A stretch of 64,000 nucleotides of DNA from Eukaryota sp. TZLM1-RC (taxonomy: Eukaryota > Protista > Metamonada: BaSk clade), in NCBI GenBank assembly GCA_040285825.1, contig JAUPSS010000002.1, positions 930,001 to 994,000 on the forward strand, read 5' to 3'. Below are positions 10,993 to 22,625 of the stretch, piece by piece. The position numbers were made by a program, and so were the translations under genes. The stretch's first letter is position 1, and each line of letters begins with the position of its first letter. Below the pieces are notes generated by a model. It was not told the origin of the DNA. It ran no database searches and saw nothing but the letters and a program-made list of their open reading frames with translations.

Positions 10993-12977
10993 ATGATTAT
11001 TGGCCGTTCTTCGGCTAACGAACAACAGGCTTCTCTGGATACTGCCTCACCTCTGGGTGAAACCAATCTCGGCCGTAGGGATTCCGCCTCCCATCTCGCC
11101 TACAATCCTCAAGATTCAGAGGAAGACCCTCTCACTCCTGCCAAGGATTCGTCTTCTCCTGAAGAAGCCAACGCAGACACCTCGAAAGGGGAATCTACCT
11201 CAACGGCTTCCAAGGAGTCGACAGATTCTACTGGTCAGGTTCGTCCCTCCTCTCCTTCTCCCAAGGTATCTACTTCTACTAAAACCAAATGGCAGTATAC
11301 CATGGAGAAATTCCGGAGGGATTTAGAACTATGGAACTTCCTGGATCTATACGCCTTAAAGGTAGAACTTGCTACTCGTGCTCTTAAGGACCATTTCAAG
11401 CAGTTCATGATTCAGATGTTTCTAAACGAGTCTCCTTCTCGGATTTCTTCCGTTGAAGAAGATGGAGACAACTTTAAGTTCTTGCTGATGCCCCAACCCT
11501 ATGATCCATTGACTCATCCAGATCCGGATTGTCTCATGGATTTCTATCCAATCCGTTTGGATAGAGAATCAGCAGTCGAACCTAATCCAGACCAAGTTTT
11601 CGCCGCTCGTAGTGCTGCTCGGTCAGGAGCTCTCGAGAGTATGGAACTCGTTGGAAACCCCTCCTACTCTCAGAAGCCTCCCAGCTAATCCCGAAACCAC
11701 TCCCATACCTTCTCATCAAGAGAAAGTAGCTGTTCATGGTGAGGATGCAGATGGTAACCCATGCGTCTTCTGGGTACCCAGGAGTCAAGTTCTCTTTCCT
11801 GCTCCCTCCATCCCCAAACCCCTCTTTGGAGATTTGTCCGTTTCGGATCTCGACACTTTTCCTCCCATCTTTCTCCAATCTAACGTGGTGGATTTCGACT
11901 CTCTTAACGTGCCTAAAACATCCGAGTCCACCACCAAAATCAGGGACAGCCCCTCTCGCTGTTTCGCTACAATCACTCGAAATCCCTCCAAACGCTTCTT
12001 AAATCCTTTGAGTACATCTGACCCTGAATCTTCGAATATCAATAGAATTTTTAGTTTGTCTTCTGTTTGTGCCAATAAATCAATTAATTGTCCCCAGTTG
12101 ATAGAACTCTGGTTACAGATCAATAACATAGAGGTGTTTGGTCTCATTGATAGTGGAGCATCCATATCTGTCATCGCAAGAGACCTATCCACAAAATGCA
12201 AGATGGAAGACAGCTCTGAATCTGTCAAATTCATTGGTGTTATCGGAGAACCATCAAACTCTAACGGCAATGCCAAAGGAATCCTATCCTTCAATATCGG
12301 TAGCATTGCCAAAGTTGTGCATCTCACCAAATCGTTACCAATCGTTCCAGGCAACAACATTTTAATTATAGGAATAGACATTCTATATGAACTCGGCCTC
12401 ATGAACAACGACAGGGTATACATTCATCTCGATGAGCTTCACAGAACACTAATGTTACCTGAATCTGAGTTTGACCACAGAATTTCACAGATATCTGAAG
12501 GTGTCAAAAACATTCAAAGTTCACGTAAAATGTCAGGATGTCAAATAAAGCTCGATGTGATAAGTTGGTACACACCTCGGGGGAAGACAACTACTGGGCA
12601 GACATGCTATCCAGACAGGTCCCAACGACCGATCCTGTACGCATAAACACAATCAACACTCATTCATCAGCGAGCGAGATCACCTATGAACCGTTTCACC
12701 CAATCTATTATATCAGAAACTATAATCCATCAGACGACTCTGCTCTTCCAGACTTAGACGATCTTCGGGGAACCCACAAAATCCTCATTTTAAAAGAGAA
12801 ATGTGCATCTGCAATCCCCATGTTCGATCCTTGGTTGAGTAGAATCCGTTCAGACAAAGACAAGCTGTTGCAGCTCACGAACGTTCATTTGATAACTGTT
12901 CCGTCAATCATCTTGACCTCTATGTTAACGAATCAGGCAAAATCATCATCCCGTCATCACTCATCAACGTCACGCTC

Positions 12978-14279
12978 TTGATTATACATGGTTATGTATC
13001 AGGCGATCATCCTAGTATGTCTGAGAGTTTACGCAGGCTATCCTCTAGCGACTACTACTGGCCCAGTATGACTGATGATATGAAGAAACACGTGCGTTCT
13101 TGTCCATTATGTCAGAAAACGGCACCTGTTCCCAAATCTATCATTCCATCCACCGGATCTCTCTGGACTGACAAACCCTTCGCGAGACTGAACGTGAACA
13201 CTATTGGTCCTCTTTCTCCAGATCAAGAGGCCAATAAGTACATCTTAGTTTTCGTGGACAGTTTCACTCGGTATACAATACTCGTACCCTTCAAAAAATT
13301 AAACGCAAGATTGACAGCCGACGCTTTGATTTGGAGTGTGTGTGCAATCTTCGGTATACCCTACAGCATTCACAGTGACAACGGCCCAGAATTCGCCAAC
13401 AACGTGTTTAAATCACTCTGCGAATTCTTATTTATCGATGTGACGAACGGTATTCCAAATTTCAGTCAATCAAATGGCCTAGTTGAACAACGTCATAGAG
13501 TCATATTACAAAATCTTAGGAAGCTCCTAATCGATTTTAACGCCCATGACAACTGGTCAGGATATATTCCTCACCTACAATTCTTAACGAATTCTTCTAA
13601 GAGCTCTGTCACAGGTTTCAGTCCATTCGAGCTTATGTTTGGGTCAGACGTCAGTCCCAAAGCTGATCCTTTATCAATTTTCTCCACCATCGAAAAGGCT
13701 ACCACTGAGTTCCCTTTCATTCTGGATATCCAATCTAAATTCAATCGATTGAAAGAAGGACGAAAAAAAGGAGAAATCACCCAAACATCGAAATCACCGG
13801 AGGAGAAGCCAAGCACGAGTAACCTGCTATTCGAAGTTGGATGCTTAATCCTCAAATCATCTAGTGACTCCAAATTACATGGAAATTATCTGGGCCCATA
13901 TCTGGTCATCGGCAAACCTAGTAAATCAACTTTATTAATAAAAAATTTAATCACAGGTGTCGAATCTAAGGCTAGCATTTCACAATGCAAATTATACCAT
14001 TCTGACAAGCCCACTGATGATGAGTTTTATCGCATCGTGGCCTCAGGTGATACTGAGGAACATCTTTTATTGGAAATTCTCAGCCGGGATGGTAACGAGT
14101 GTCAAGTCGTATACGCTGGAGATATACGAGGCACTGAGCCTGTCGACCGCATTAAGAACACTAAGGCCTACCAAGCCTTCCTCCAGACTAATAAGTCGCG
14201 ACCCCCTGCTAGTCAACCTGCTCGCAAACAACCTCGTAGAAGAGCCAGAGGAGATCGTCGAAAGGAGAGGAAGAAGTAG
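12978..14279 (+). CDS. Integrase of LTR element 1 with GPY module and chromodomain-like tail
   Basis: H..H..CxxC, VNTIGP (first catalytic Asp appears as Asn), HSDNGPEF, SNGLVEQRHR, YLGPYLV. Confidence 0.85.
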   Translation: MIIHGYVSGDHPSMSESLRRLSSSDYYWPSMTDDMKKHVRSCPLCQKTAPVPKSIIPSTGSLWTDKPFARLNVNTIGPLSPDQEANKYILVFVDSFTRYTILVPFKKLNARLTADALIWSVCAIFGIPYSIHSDNGPEFANNVFKSLCEFLFIDVTNGIPNFSQSNGLVEQRHRVILQNLRKLLIDFNAHDNWSGYIPHLQFLTNSSKSSVTGFSPFELMFGSDVSPKADPLSIFSTIEKATTEFPFILDIQSKFNRLKEGRKKGEITQTSKSPEEKPSTSNLLFEVGCLILKSSSDSKLHGNYLGPYLVIGKPSKSTLLIKNLITGVESKASISQCKLYHSDKPTDDEFYRIVASGDTEEHLLLEILSRDGNECQVVYAGDIRGTEPVDRIKNTKAYQAFLQTNKSRPPASQPARKQPRRRARGDRRKERKK

Positions 14280-14468
14280 TGTTAGTCTTTACACTATTCT
14301 AGAGTGTAGTTAGACTTATCTATATATTCTTGTATATTAGTTTAATGTTTATTGTTCTGTCATGGAGACTTCACTAGTGATGGTATTGAAATTCACTATA
14401 GTTCATTTCCCGTCGTAATAAATTATTCTCTCTCTGTTCATATGTCTGATTCTAGCCCACAGGCATCA
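14280..14468 (+). repeat. 3' LTR of element 1
   Basis: Direct repeat of 10804-10992, preceded by a PPT. Confidence 0.95.
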
Positions 14469-14793
14469 CAAGCTGATCTTTTCCGCATCCACCAACCAAT
14501 AACAATGCAAGAAGAAAACATTAAGGTTTTAGTCCAGCCTCAACCACCATAGTGTGAACTATGGCATATTTGACTTTACTCAAAGATTTGTAGATTGGGA
14601 AGATGTAGTAGTAATTACTCAAAACTGAACTGTTTTGGCATTAAATGAAGAAACTTCCAAATTTGATTGACAAAAATGGAAATGTGGATTGTCAAAGAGG
14701 ATCTAAATGTGGATTGTCATTTTTTAAACTTCATTGTTTAATTCATTCTTTACTGTTCTACTCTTAGTCTTTCTAGTCTTTAATCTATTGCTT

Positions 14794-15685
14794 ATGCCAC
14801 CCAAAAAAGCCAAAGGTGCTCCTAAGTCTGCAAAAGTCAACAAGAAAGAAACTCAAAAGGTCATTGAAGACAAGACTTTTGGTCTCAAGAATAAGAACCG
14901 CTCTTCTAAGGTACGTTGTCTTCTTATCCATCTTATGCTAGGTTCAAAAATATGTTGAGAATGTCAAACAGCAAGCTATGAACAAGAACAAGAAAGGTGG
15001 TCCTACCAACACTGAGGCAGAGAAAGCCCGTCTCCGTAAGAAGCGTGAGGAAGAAGCTGAAATGGAAGCACTCCTCAACCAAGTTGTGGTTCAGCCCAAG
15101 CCTAAGTTTGGGCAAAACCCTGCTGATGTTCCATGTGCTCAATTTGCAGCCACGGGTTCATGTCCGAGAGGCTCCAAATGTAAGTTTCAACACGGACATC
15201 GTGCTGCTAAGGAAAAACTCAACCTTTATGTTGATCAGCGTGAACAACTCAACGCCTCCGAGGCTCTTGAAAAAGTCACAACGGACATTGTTTGTAAACA
15301 TTTCCTAGAGGCTGTCAATAACAATTCTTATGGGTTCAACTGGAGATGTCCTGAAGGAGGTCACAATTGCAAATATCAACACAAGCTGTTGGAAGGATGG
15401 GTTCCAGTCACTAGTGGTACTCCAGCTGACATTGATGAAGAAGAGCAGGAGCCCATAGAGGAAATGATAGAACGGGAAAGGTCTTTGATTACAACACATA
15501 CACCCGTTACAGATGAGACCTTCAGAATCTGGAAGGAGCGTAAGCTAAAGGAGAAGTCTGAGAAACTCCAAAAAGAGGAAGAGGAAGCTATGGAATCGTT
15601 TAAATCTGGTCGACGTGATCAAGGAACAGTTTCTGGAAGGGCGTACTTTAAGTTTGATCCAAGTCTTTTTGATGACCAAGACTAG
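14794..15685 (+). CDS. TMA46: ZC3H15/TMA46/DFRP1 CCCH zinc-finger protein; exons 14794-14910 and 14942-15685
   Basis: MPPKK...IEDKTFGLKNKNRSSK|VQKYV; two CCCH fingers; TDIVCKHFLEAV...YGFNWRCP; TPVTDETFRIWK; SGR motif. Confidence 0.92.
14911..14941 (+). other. 31-nt spliceosomal intron in TMA46
   Basis: GTACGT...TGCTAG; removal restores the conserved KVQKYV in frame. Confidence 0.85.
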
Positions 15686-16185
15686 CTGTGTGTTTTTCTT
15701 GTTAAGTTGCATGGTTTAATGTGTGGTGTTCGACTGTACGTTTTTTGTAGATTGGGTTACGTTTTTTGGTTGTTTAAATAAACTTTGTTTATTGCATTTT
15801 TTGGTCTCTATCAGTTCAAACAATGTGTTTAGAATGTTTGACCTTTGAATGTTCGTCAAATGATTTTCTCCATCGAAAACTCCACTATAAGTGCGTTTAA
15901 GGGGACACTATTGTCAGCTCTATAACTTCAATTCACTCAAGTCGAGATTTCTTAAATGAATCTCATTAGATTTAGAATTATAAGTCACAGTGAGAGAAAT
16001 GTATTAACCCATTACAGGAGGACGATTCTGACGCCATTAAAGGGTCAAGTATACGAAAACATCCGCTACATTATAAAGATTTCATTTTGACTTTGGCAAT
16101 TTCTTAAAATAGAATTCTTCAAACAAAAGAAAACTGGCAAAATTTTCGTTTTTTCCCAACCTATCCATCAAGGCAGTCACCTAGT

Positions 16186-18315
16186 ATGAGCACTTTCGTC
16201 GAGACATCGCCTATGGACCATCTGTCCATAACTCCTACTCCAGCGGTGACTAAGCAGCGCATTTTTAATTATCCTATGCGTCCTCCTGCTTCTATCCGTT
16301 CAAAGTACCCAGCAAATGCCTCCACGGTAGAACCTTCTCCTCTATCTCGTGTATCTGATAGAGGTCCTTCTTCTGTTGGATTTTTACCACATACTCCAGC
16401 TTCAAAAGGGATGCTACAGTACCCTTTTCAAACACCACCCTCCATTGCTAGATCAGATATTTCTGATGATGAATGCCATGGGTGCCTTGATGTTCTGGAC
16501 CCCCGTACCCTTGCTGTTGTTGACCATCACTTTATTTTCCATCTTCCCTACAAAATTGGTTCTTCATTAACCAACAATTTAATTATTAAATCCGATAATT
16601 CAATTGTTGATTGTCATGCTGAAATTGTAGCTGATCCCGACGGTCGCCTTGTTCTTCTCCCTCTTGAAGATTGTCACTTTTACTCTCTTGGTCAACTGTT
16701 TTCAGGTCATGATTCATGTGAATTGGTTGATAATTTGGTGTTTCTTATTGGAGACACCCCTGTAAGATTCTCAGTTCCCGAACCCTGTCATTTGCCTCCA
16801 ATGCTAACTCCCAGCAGCGCTCCTGTTGCAGCACTTAAGTTGATGCCAAAGGTTTATTCTCCAATCGCCAAGCTTTTGTCTTTTGAAGAAACTGTTGATC
16901 CTAGGTGTGCTCAACCACTGGAGCTTCCTCCTGATTTAGTTCGAATGGCATTATTGTTATCCGCATCTAGGAAAAGGGAAACTCAACCGAGACCAATCAA
17001 TCCCGATTTTGATCGATTTGTGGCAGAACCAACTTGTAGAAGTAATTTCTTACCCCCACTTAATAAAATGGAGTGGAAAGAGCTGAAGGGACAGGCTATG
17101 CAAATTGGTTCTTTTGAAATTGAGCAATCCACTCCACAATCAATGCTTGGTACCAATCAAGTTGAGTTTCCTCATGATGAATTACCTGCACTCAAACCAT
17201 TGGAACCTTCATCCTTGTCACCCTTGCCGTCAAAACCATTCCTGATTACTACTGAGGTTGACACAATGACCCCAGAACGTGTTGAATTTTTGGATAAGGC
17301 AACTGGGAGGAGCAGTAGTTCAAAGCTTTCGGTTAAGTTTATTGGAAGTCTTTCACTAGGAGTTTCCAGTAATCAATCAATTCAGCACTTGCCATCTTGT
17401 ACAATACAAGCCCCTCCAGCTCGTGATTCACAGAGTCAATGCATTCTTGAACTCAATGAACAGGGTCTTCAAACTGATGTTACCAATCTCGAATCAAAAG
17501 AAATTAATACTGAATTCACCACTCCATCTACAACTGATGCCGAAGTTCAAGCATCAATGACCGTACAACCAATAATGCAGTCATTCCTTGATACTAACTT
17601 GGCTGAGGGTAGTTTTGATGTAGAAAACTCTATGAACCCTTTCACCTCTGATTTAACCACTAAGTCAGCTAATACTTTAGGCAAAATTGATTTGGAAACA
17701 ATCCCTGTAACATGTGATAAAACGGAGGATGTTGAGAAGCATTTGGCGATGGTCGAACGTCCAACGACTGTCAAGGATTCTATGAAAGCTTCTGACAACA
17801 TTACTGTTAATGGCACGATTGGTAAAGATTTCAATGAACAAGAACAAGCCACAGAAGTTGTAGAAGAATATTATGAAGAAGTAACTGAAGAAGAAACCCA
17901 AGAATCAGAATCGGAAGATGAAACATCTGTGTCTGACAATGTACGTGCAGAATCTCCTCCTCCAAAGAAACCTCCCAAACGAGGCCGCCCTCCCAAATTT
18001 GCACAAACGTCCCCTCCCGTTACTCGCGTTCGAGCAAGAAAAGCTGTCCAGTCAACTGCTTCAAAAGACAGTAAAGAAGGGGAAACGCAACCAGTCAAAA
18101 AACGAGGCCGAGGAAGACCCAAAGTCATCAAAAATCCAAATCTTGAAGCACAAACCCAATTAAGCAAGTCTAGAAAACGTTCTTCTTCTAGCGCAATTCA
18201 AGATGTTGAGCCCAAATGTAAGTCCACTAGATATAGACTTCGTTCAACTGATTCCCCCTTTAGTCCTATTAAGACCACTAGAGCTACTAGAGGTAGAAGA
18301 AGGCAGACAAACTAA
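16186..18315 (+). CDS. Largely low-complexity nuclear protein with a degenerate FHA-like domain and C-terminal AT-hooks
   Basis: 709-aa ORF; YKIGSS...NLII...HAEI...LVDN...LIGDTPVRF (FHA-like); KRGRPPK and KRGRGRPK motifs. Confidence 0.65.
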   Translation: MSTFVETSPMDHLSITPTPAVTKQRIFNYPMRPPASIRSKYPANASTVEPSPLSRVSDRGPSSVGFLPHTPASKGMLQYPFQTPPSIARSDISDDECHGCLDVLDPRTLAVVDHHFIFHLPYKIGSSLTNNLIIKSDNSIVDCHAEIVADPDGRLVLLPLEDCHFYSLGQLFSGHDSCELVDNLVFLIGDTPVRFSVPEPCHLPPMLTPSSAPVAALKLMPKVYSPIAKLLSFEETVDPRCAQPLELPPDLVRMALLLSASRKRETQPRPINPDFDRFVAEPTCRSNFLPPLNKMEWKELKGQAMQIGSFEIEQSTPQSMLGTNQVEFPHDELPALKPLEPSSLSPLPSKPFLITTEVDTMTPERVEFLDKATGRSSSSKLSVKFIGSLSLGVSSNQSIQHLPSCTIQAPPARDSQSQCILELNEQGLQTDVTNLESKEINTEFTTPSTTDAEVQASMTVQPIMQSFLDTNLAEGSFDVENSMNPFTSDLTTKSANTLGKIDLETIPVTCDKTEDVEKHLAMVERPTTVKDSMKASDNITVNGTIGKDFNEQEQATEVVEEYYEEVTEEETQESESEDETSVSDNVRAESPPPKKPPKRGRPPKFAQTSPPVTRVRARKAVQSTASKDSKEGETQPVKKRGRGRPKVIKNPNLEAQTQLSKSRKRSSSSAIQDVEPKCKSTRYRLRSTDSPFSPIKTTRATRGRRRQTN

Positions 18316-18577
18316 GTCTTGCTTTGTTTTTCTTTTTAGTCTTTTCTAGTTTTGTGTAAATAACACTTTGTATTCATGTTCATCCTGTGATATTTAGGTT
18401 GGTTTTAAATATCTACTTGGATCTTGAATATAAGTATAAATATACTGTTTCTTCTTTAGTGATCATTTACTTTTTTTATTATGAATTATTTCAGCTTTTC
18501 TATCAAGATTGCATGATTTGGTGAAAAGCCAGAAGTGCGTTTTGATAGAAATTCACCATAATCAAATATTAATTTTA

Positions 18578-19510
18578 AATTAAAAAAAATTTATTTTCTA
18601 CGAAGAATCAAATAAAACAAAACAAACCAAAACACATAAGAAACTAAATTCTCCACGCCAACTCTTGATGAATCCTTATAAAGTTTGGACATCATTAAAC
18701 TCAAGTACTTGGGAACACTTCTGTACAAAGCGAAAATGATACGATTCTTCCATAAATTCCCTGCAAAATTCTTACCACTTGAACGACATAAATTACCAAA
18801 ATCATTGATGAAATTCAAGGCCGATTGTCCAATGTTGCCAAAAATCGAAAAGGCAAAAGGAACAAACGAAAACTTCGAGTAAAGATTCTTATTTAAATCA
18901 TTTAATATTTCAGTATATTTATCTCTCTTACGATCTTCAGCCTTGTTTAAATGACCATTAGTACTAAGTAAAACATCATCGCGATAAACAAAAGCAAAGG
19001 GATCAACTGTAGTGAAATCAACAACAACTTGAGAGGAATCCACAAAAGGAGCAATTAAATCACCTCGACGTGAATTAAAGAGATTATCATCACTATAATG
19101 CTTCAACAAAGGTTCTACTTTGCAACTAAAATTGTAACACTTGAACATCTCATATGTCACATCACGAACGGCATTATGAAGAACTGACCTATATTGGAGA
19201 AATTTCTTACAGCTCACAATATGACGGAAATTGGCAGTAGGTTTTTTGTTACAAATACAATAAGAATTGTCCAAAAGACCACTTGTATACATCCCTAATC
19301 TCAACCGCATGTTTTGTTTCCAAGCTTCATTTGTTAAGTGAAGACCAAATGGCCTTGGTTGCTGAGATATTAAACTAGTGCAGTTCTGAATGTCTGATAA
19401 AAAGGCAGCAAAGACGGGATTATTAATCTTAGTCACACTAAGTCGTTTAGAAAAATCCAGGTCTTCAAAACCAATAAGAACAGACTTCTGTAATTTCACA
19501 ACAGCAAGAT
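18578..19510 (-). mobile_element. RLE-type (CRE-like) non-LTR element, family B, 5'-truncated
   Basis: CIC...HIVSC, HNAVRD, RRGD...VDFT...AEDRKRDKY, FVPFAFSIFGNIG; flanked by the 11-bp repeat ATATTAATTTT (18567-18577 and 19511-19521), a likely TSD. Confidence 0.85.
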
Positions 19511-19572
19511 ATATTAATTTTCATTTTTTACTAGTGTTTCTTGTTTTGAATTTTTAACATACCTGTGTTACA

Positions 19573-20307
19573 ATGTATCACAGACATCCCTGCTTTAGAG
19601 ATTGTACTCAACAACTACGAGCATCATTTCCTTCGTCCTCGACTTTTCTTGACTCACACAAATCACCAACTGCTACATCTTCTATTCAGCTTGATATTAA
19701 ACCTTTTCAAGTTCTTTGGGATAAACTCAACTCAGCTTCTAATGCTGCTCAAGTTGCACTTTTTACTAGACAAATTAAATCTCTTTATCAATCACACGAC
19801 CCTCATCCTCTTTTGGATGGTGTCATTTCCTGTCTCACCGAACGTGCTTCCTTGACCAGTAGGAAGTTTCTTTCTTCCAATACTAAGCCTTTTATCTCTT
19901 CCTCGCATTCTCTGAAACCTGATCAGTTTGACACTATACGAAAACGACTTGTTCAGTACGATGAAGATTCCAAGTGTGACTCTACTGCTCAACAATCTCA
20001 ACTGGTTTCCCACCAAGTAGCAGTTGCTCGTGATGTGTCATCTCTGTCAACTGATGTTTCACACCTCGAAACTATGGTACGTGATGTCGTGATGCTCAAT
20101 CAATTCATAGCAGAACAAGTGGATAAGCAGTTTCAGGATGTTGTGATGATCCAGAGGGATGTTAGGGAAGCAGTCAACAATGTTGATTCTGGAGTTGATA
20201 TTTTGTATAAAAGTTTGTCTTTATTGAAAAAAACCAAGAAAATACCATTTTTCATATTGGTTGGGGCCTCTGTGTTGCTTTTGTTGATGGATAGAATAAA
20301 TCCCTAG
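19573..20307 (+). CDS. Syntaxin-like Q-SNARE with C-terminal membrane anchor (possibly syntaxin-18-like)
   Basis: Heptad SNARE motif with central Q (QVDKQFQDVVMI...NVDSG) followed by the hydrophobic tail FFILVGASVLLLLM. Confidence 0.75.
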   Translation: MYHRHPCFRDCTQQLRASFPSSSTFLDSHKSPTATSSIQLDIKPFQVLWDKLNSASNAAQVALFTRQIKSLYQSHDPHPLLDGVISCLTERASLTSRKFLSSNTKPFISSSHSLKPDQFDTIRKRLVQYDEDSKCDSTAQQSQLVSHQVAVARDVSSLSTDVSHLETMVRDVVMLNQFIAEQVDKQFQDVVMIQRDVREAVNNVDSGVDILYKSLSLLKKTKKIPFFILVGASVLLLLMDRINP

Positions 20308-21099
20308 TATTTTCTTTACTTTTTCAAGAAAGTTGTAGGGTACCAAATAATTTTAAACATTCTAAATTTAAAATCACTTAAGTTTTTTAGTATTTTTAGA
20401 GGAATATGTTTGTCACGGCGTTTGTCGTAGTTTCGATTTGTATAGTGTTTTAAGGCCAGTTTTGTTTAAGCAATAGTGAAGTGATTGACATGATTATCAT
20501 CCAATTACGGAACAAATGGCAAAGTCTCAAGACACTCTAAAATGGTGTAAGCAACAAACATGTACCGTCAATAGGCTGAGGTATTTGGAAAACCTCATAG
20601 ACGAGATCATGTTTTGTGTATCTTCAGACTTTCGTGTTGTTTCGCAAGCACAAGTCTGAAGGAAAGTTTGACTTTCTTGATAATGACAGCAATCTCATCA
20701 CATTTGAATATCTATACAAACTTCTTAATATCTATACAAACTATCTATATGAGGTATTGTAAAATAGGGGTTTAAGATGAGTGCTACGACATGCATTTCA
20801 GACAGTGTTATTGAACATTTCAAAGAAATAAATTAATTGTTATTAATATTAATAACTACAATAATACTTGACACATTTAAAGCTCTTCTTTAAAGTGCGA
20901 TTGAATTGGTCAGAGACTGGCTAGTTGATTAAAAAAATGCTCGCTGAACATAAGAATGAGTCTGAGGAATTACATGTTGATTGTGGTATCAGTAGTTCTT
21001 CTTGTTTTGTATATACAAAATTTACTTAATCGTTTTGATTTATGGATCTAGGAAGATCTATTTGAAACCGAAATTTAATCCAATTGGAAAAATGGAAAA

Positions 21100-21810
21100 A
21101 TATTCTTTATTGGTTGAAGAAAGAAATCGATTGACAGATACCTTAACAATACAATAACCCAAATTCGTGGGAAAATTATTTCCAGTTTTAAAGAAGATGA
21201 AAATCAAAAAACAATAGACACATTCATGGAGTCTAAAGTACAATATTCAATGAACTATGCCATATTGAACTTAAAGAATATGAACGCTGATCATCATTGC
21301 TTGTCCTTGTTGATTGATCTACCTCCTAGAATCATTAAATTTGCAATTAATTCTTCCTTAAATGTCTTACCTCATGCTGAAATCGTTATCGATGGAAAAT
21401 ATGTCGAAAATCCCAAATAATTCTAAACTTTTGTCTCCTGGGTGTCAGTTATGTCAATTTGGACCTACAACGTTGTGTCACATTTTCTGCAGTTGTCCAA
21501 GTTATCAAATCGCCGAAATACATAATAGACCTAAATTGAGACATGATTCATTTTTAAATAATTTTGTTAACCTCCTACTTCCTTTTCTAGATCATATGAT
21601 GTTTACCTTATATTTACATGGCACGCTTGGACCACTTGCTTTATCTTTCTTGGATGATTCTGTTGAAACTGTGAAACAACGTATAGGAAAATTTTTTTAA
21701 CAAAATGTTTTGACAGAACAGAATTGTATTTTCAATTTTTAAAGGTGTTGTCCCCTATTATCTGAAGGAAAAACTTCCAGTCAATTCTTTTTGGCTGATT
21801 TGGGTATGAA
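21100..21810 (+). pseudogene. Heavily degraded RLE-type non-LTR fragment
   Basis: CQLC...HIFCSC zinc knuckle, RHD motif and GTLGPLALSFL; multiple stops and frameshifts. Confidence 0.55.
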
Positions 21811-21903
21811 AATTTAGAAATTTAATTTTGTTGTTTAGTTTCTCGTTGGAATAAATTCAAATGTTGAAAAACAGTTTATTCCAAACTTTCAATATCTGTA
21901 TCA

Positions 21904-22566
21904 ATGACTTCTTCTGGTCAACTTTCCAAGCAGGATTTTGCACAAGCTGTAGGTTTTGCATTAGACTTTTTATTACTTTACCCGGCTACAAATGATGCTG
22001 TTGTAAGTGCTGCATCCATCACAAATGCTTTATGTGAACGGTACCCTAAATTGTCAAGGTCCTCCGCCGCCTCTGTCACCCAACAAGCTCTCGAAAAAGC
22101 CTTTGAACATTACCCAGATATGGGATTATCAATTACTCGCATTGATGGTAACTCCTCTGTCCCTTCCAAAACAGGCAAGTATTACGTTTCTTCCCCTTAT
22201 TTGGTCCGTAACCCTGATGTCTCTGAACAAATGCGCTTCATTTATGCTTTGATTACTACATTGATTTGCTATGGAGGTTCTATCAAATTTGCTGATCTAC
22301 GACAAGAATTAGAAGATGCAGGTCTTTGTTCAGATACTCCTCGTTCACAATGTAAATACAAGACAAAGTTTTCAAAGTTGATTAACCATGCGAAAAAGCT
22401 TGGAATTGTTACAGTTGATAGGAACCAAGTAATTGAGTTAAGTCCAAAATATATAAATGAAAAAGATGTGAAAGCCGTTTGTGCTAATTTTGGCTTTGAT
22501 GCGTCATATTTGGTGGAAAGCTACAATCCTAAATTTCGTCACTTGTCACATCTAATGGAAGAATGA
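21904..22566 (+). CDS. MAGE/NSE3-like protein (possible SMC5/6 subunit)
   Basis: 220 aa; pattern resembles the MAGE tandem winged helix (FLLL...GLSITRID...YYVSS...LITTLICYGGSI...LRQELEDAGL). Confidence 0.55.
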   Translation: MTSSGQLSKQDFAQAVGFALDFLLLYPATNDAVVSAASITNALCERYPKLSRSSAASVTQQALEKAFEHYPDMGLSITRIDGNSSVPSKTGKYYVSSPYLVRNPDVSEQMRFIYALITTLICYGGSIKFADLRQELEDAGLCSDTPRSQCKYKTKFSKLINHAKKLGIVTVDRNQVIELSPKYINEKDVKAVCANFGFDASYLVESYNPKFRHLSHLMEE

Positions 22567-22625
22567 GATTAAACTTAATAGTTTCCTAATTTAAAATTCC
22601 TTTTTATTCTAAATGATTTTACATT

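Larger units (their letters stand above)
10804..14468 (+). mobile_element. LTR retrotransposon 1 (Ty3/gypsy order), internally deleted: RT and most of RNase H are missing
   Basis: 189-bp TG..CA LTRs with about 4 differences; flanks TAAG/CAAG (4-bp TSD, one mismatch); PPT AAGGAGAGGAAGAAGTAG; protease LIDSGASIS; GCQIKLD jumps to the RNase H tail NYWADMLSR near 12557; HHCC/DDE integrase. Confidence 0.92.

Noticed and set aside
11612-11688. Programmed gag/pol frameshift in element 1
   Set aside because: The shift is +1 with no clear slippery signal, the element is otherwise damaged, and the related element 4 has a single ORF.
14352-14552. Duplicate ORF MFCHGDFTSDG...
   Set aside because: It is the translation of the 3' LTR of element 1.
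14679-14720. 15-bp direct repeat AAATGTGGATTGTCA upstream of TMA46, and similar short duplications near 20710, 53070 and 56636
   Set aside because: Isolated slippage-type duplications not shared between genes; no basis for a regulatory call.
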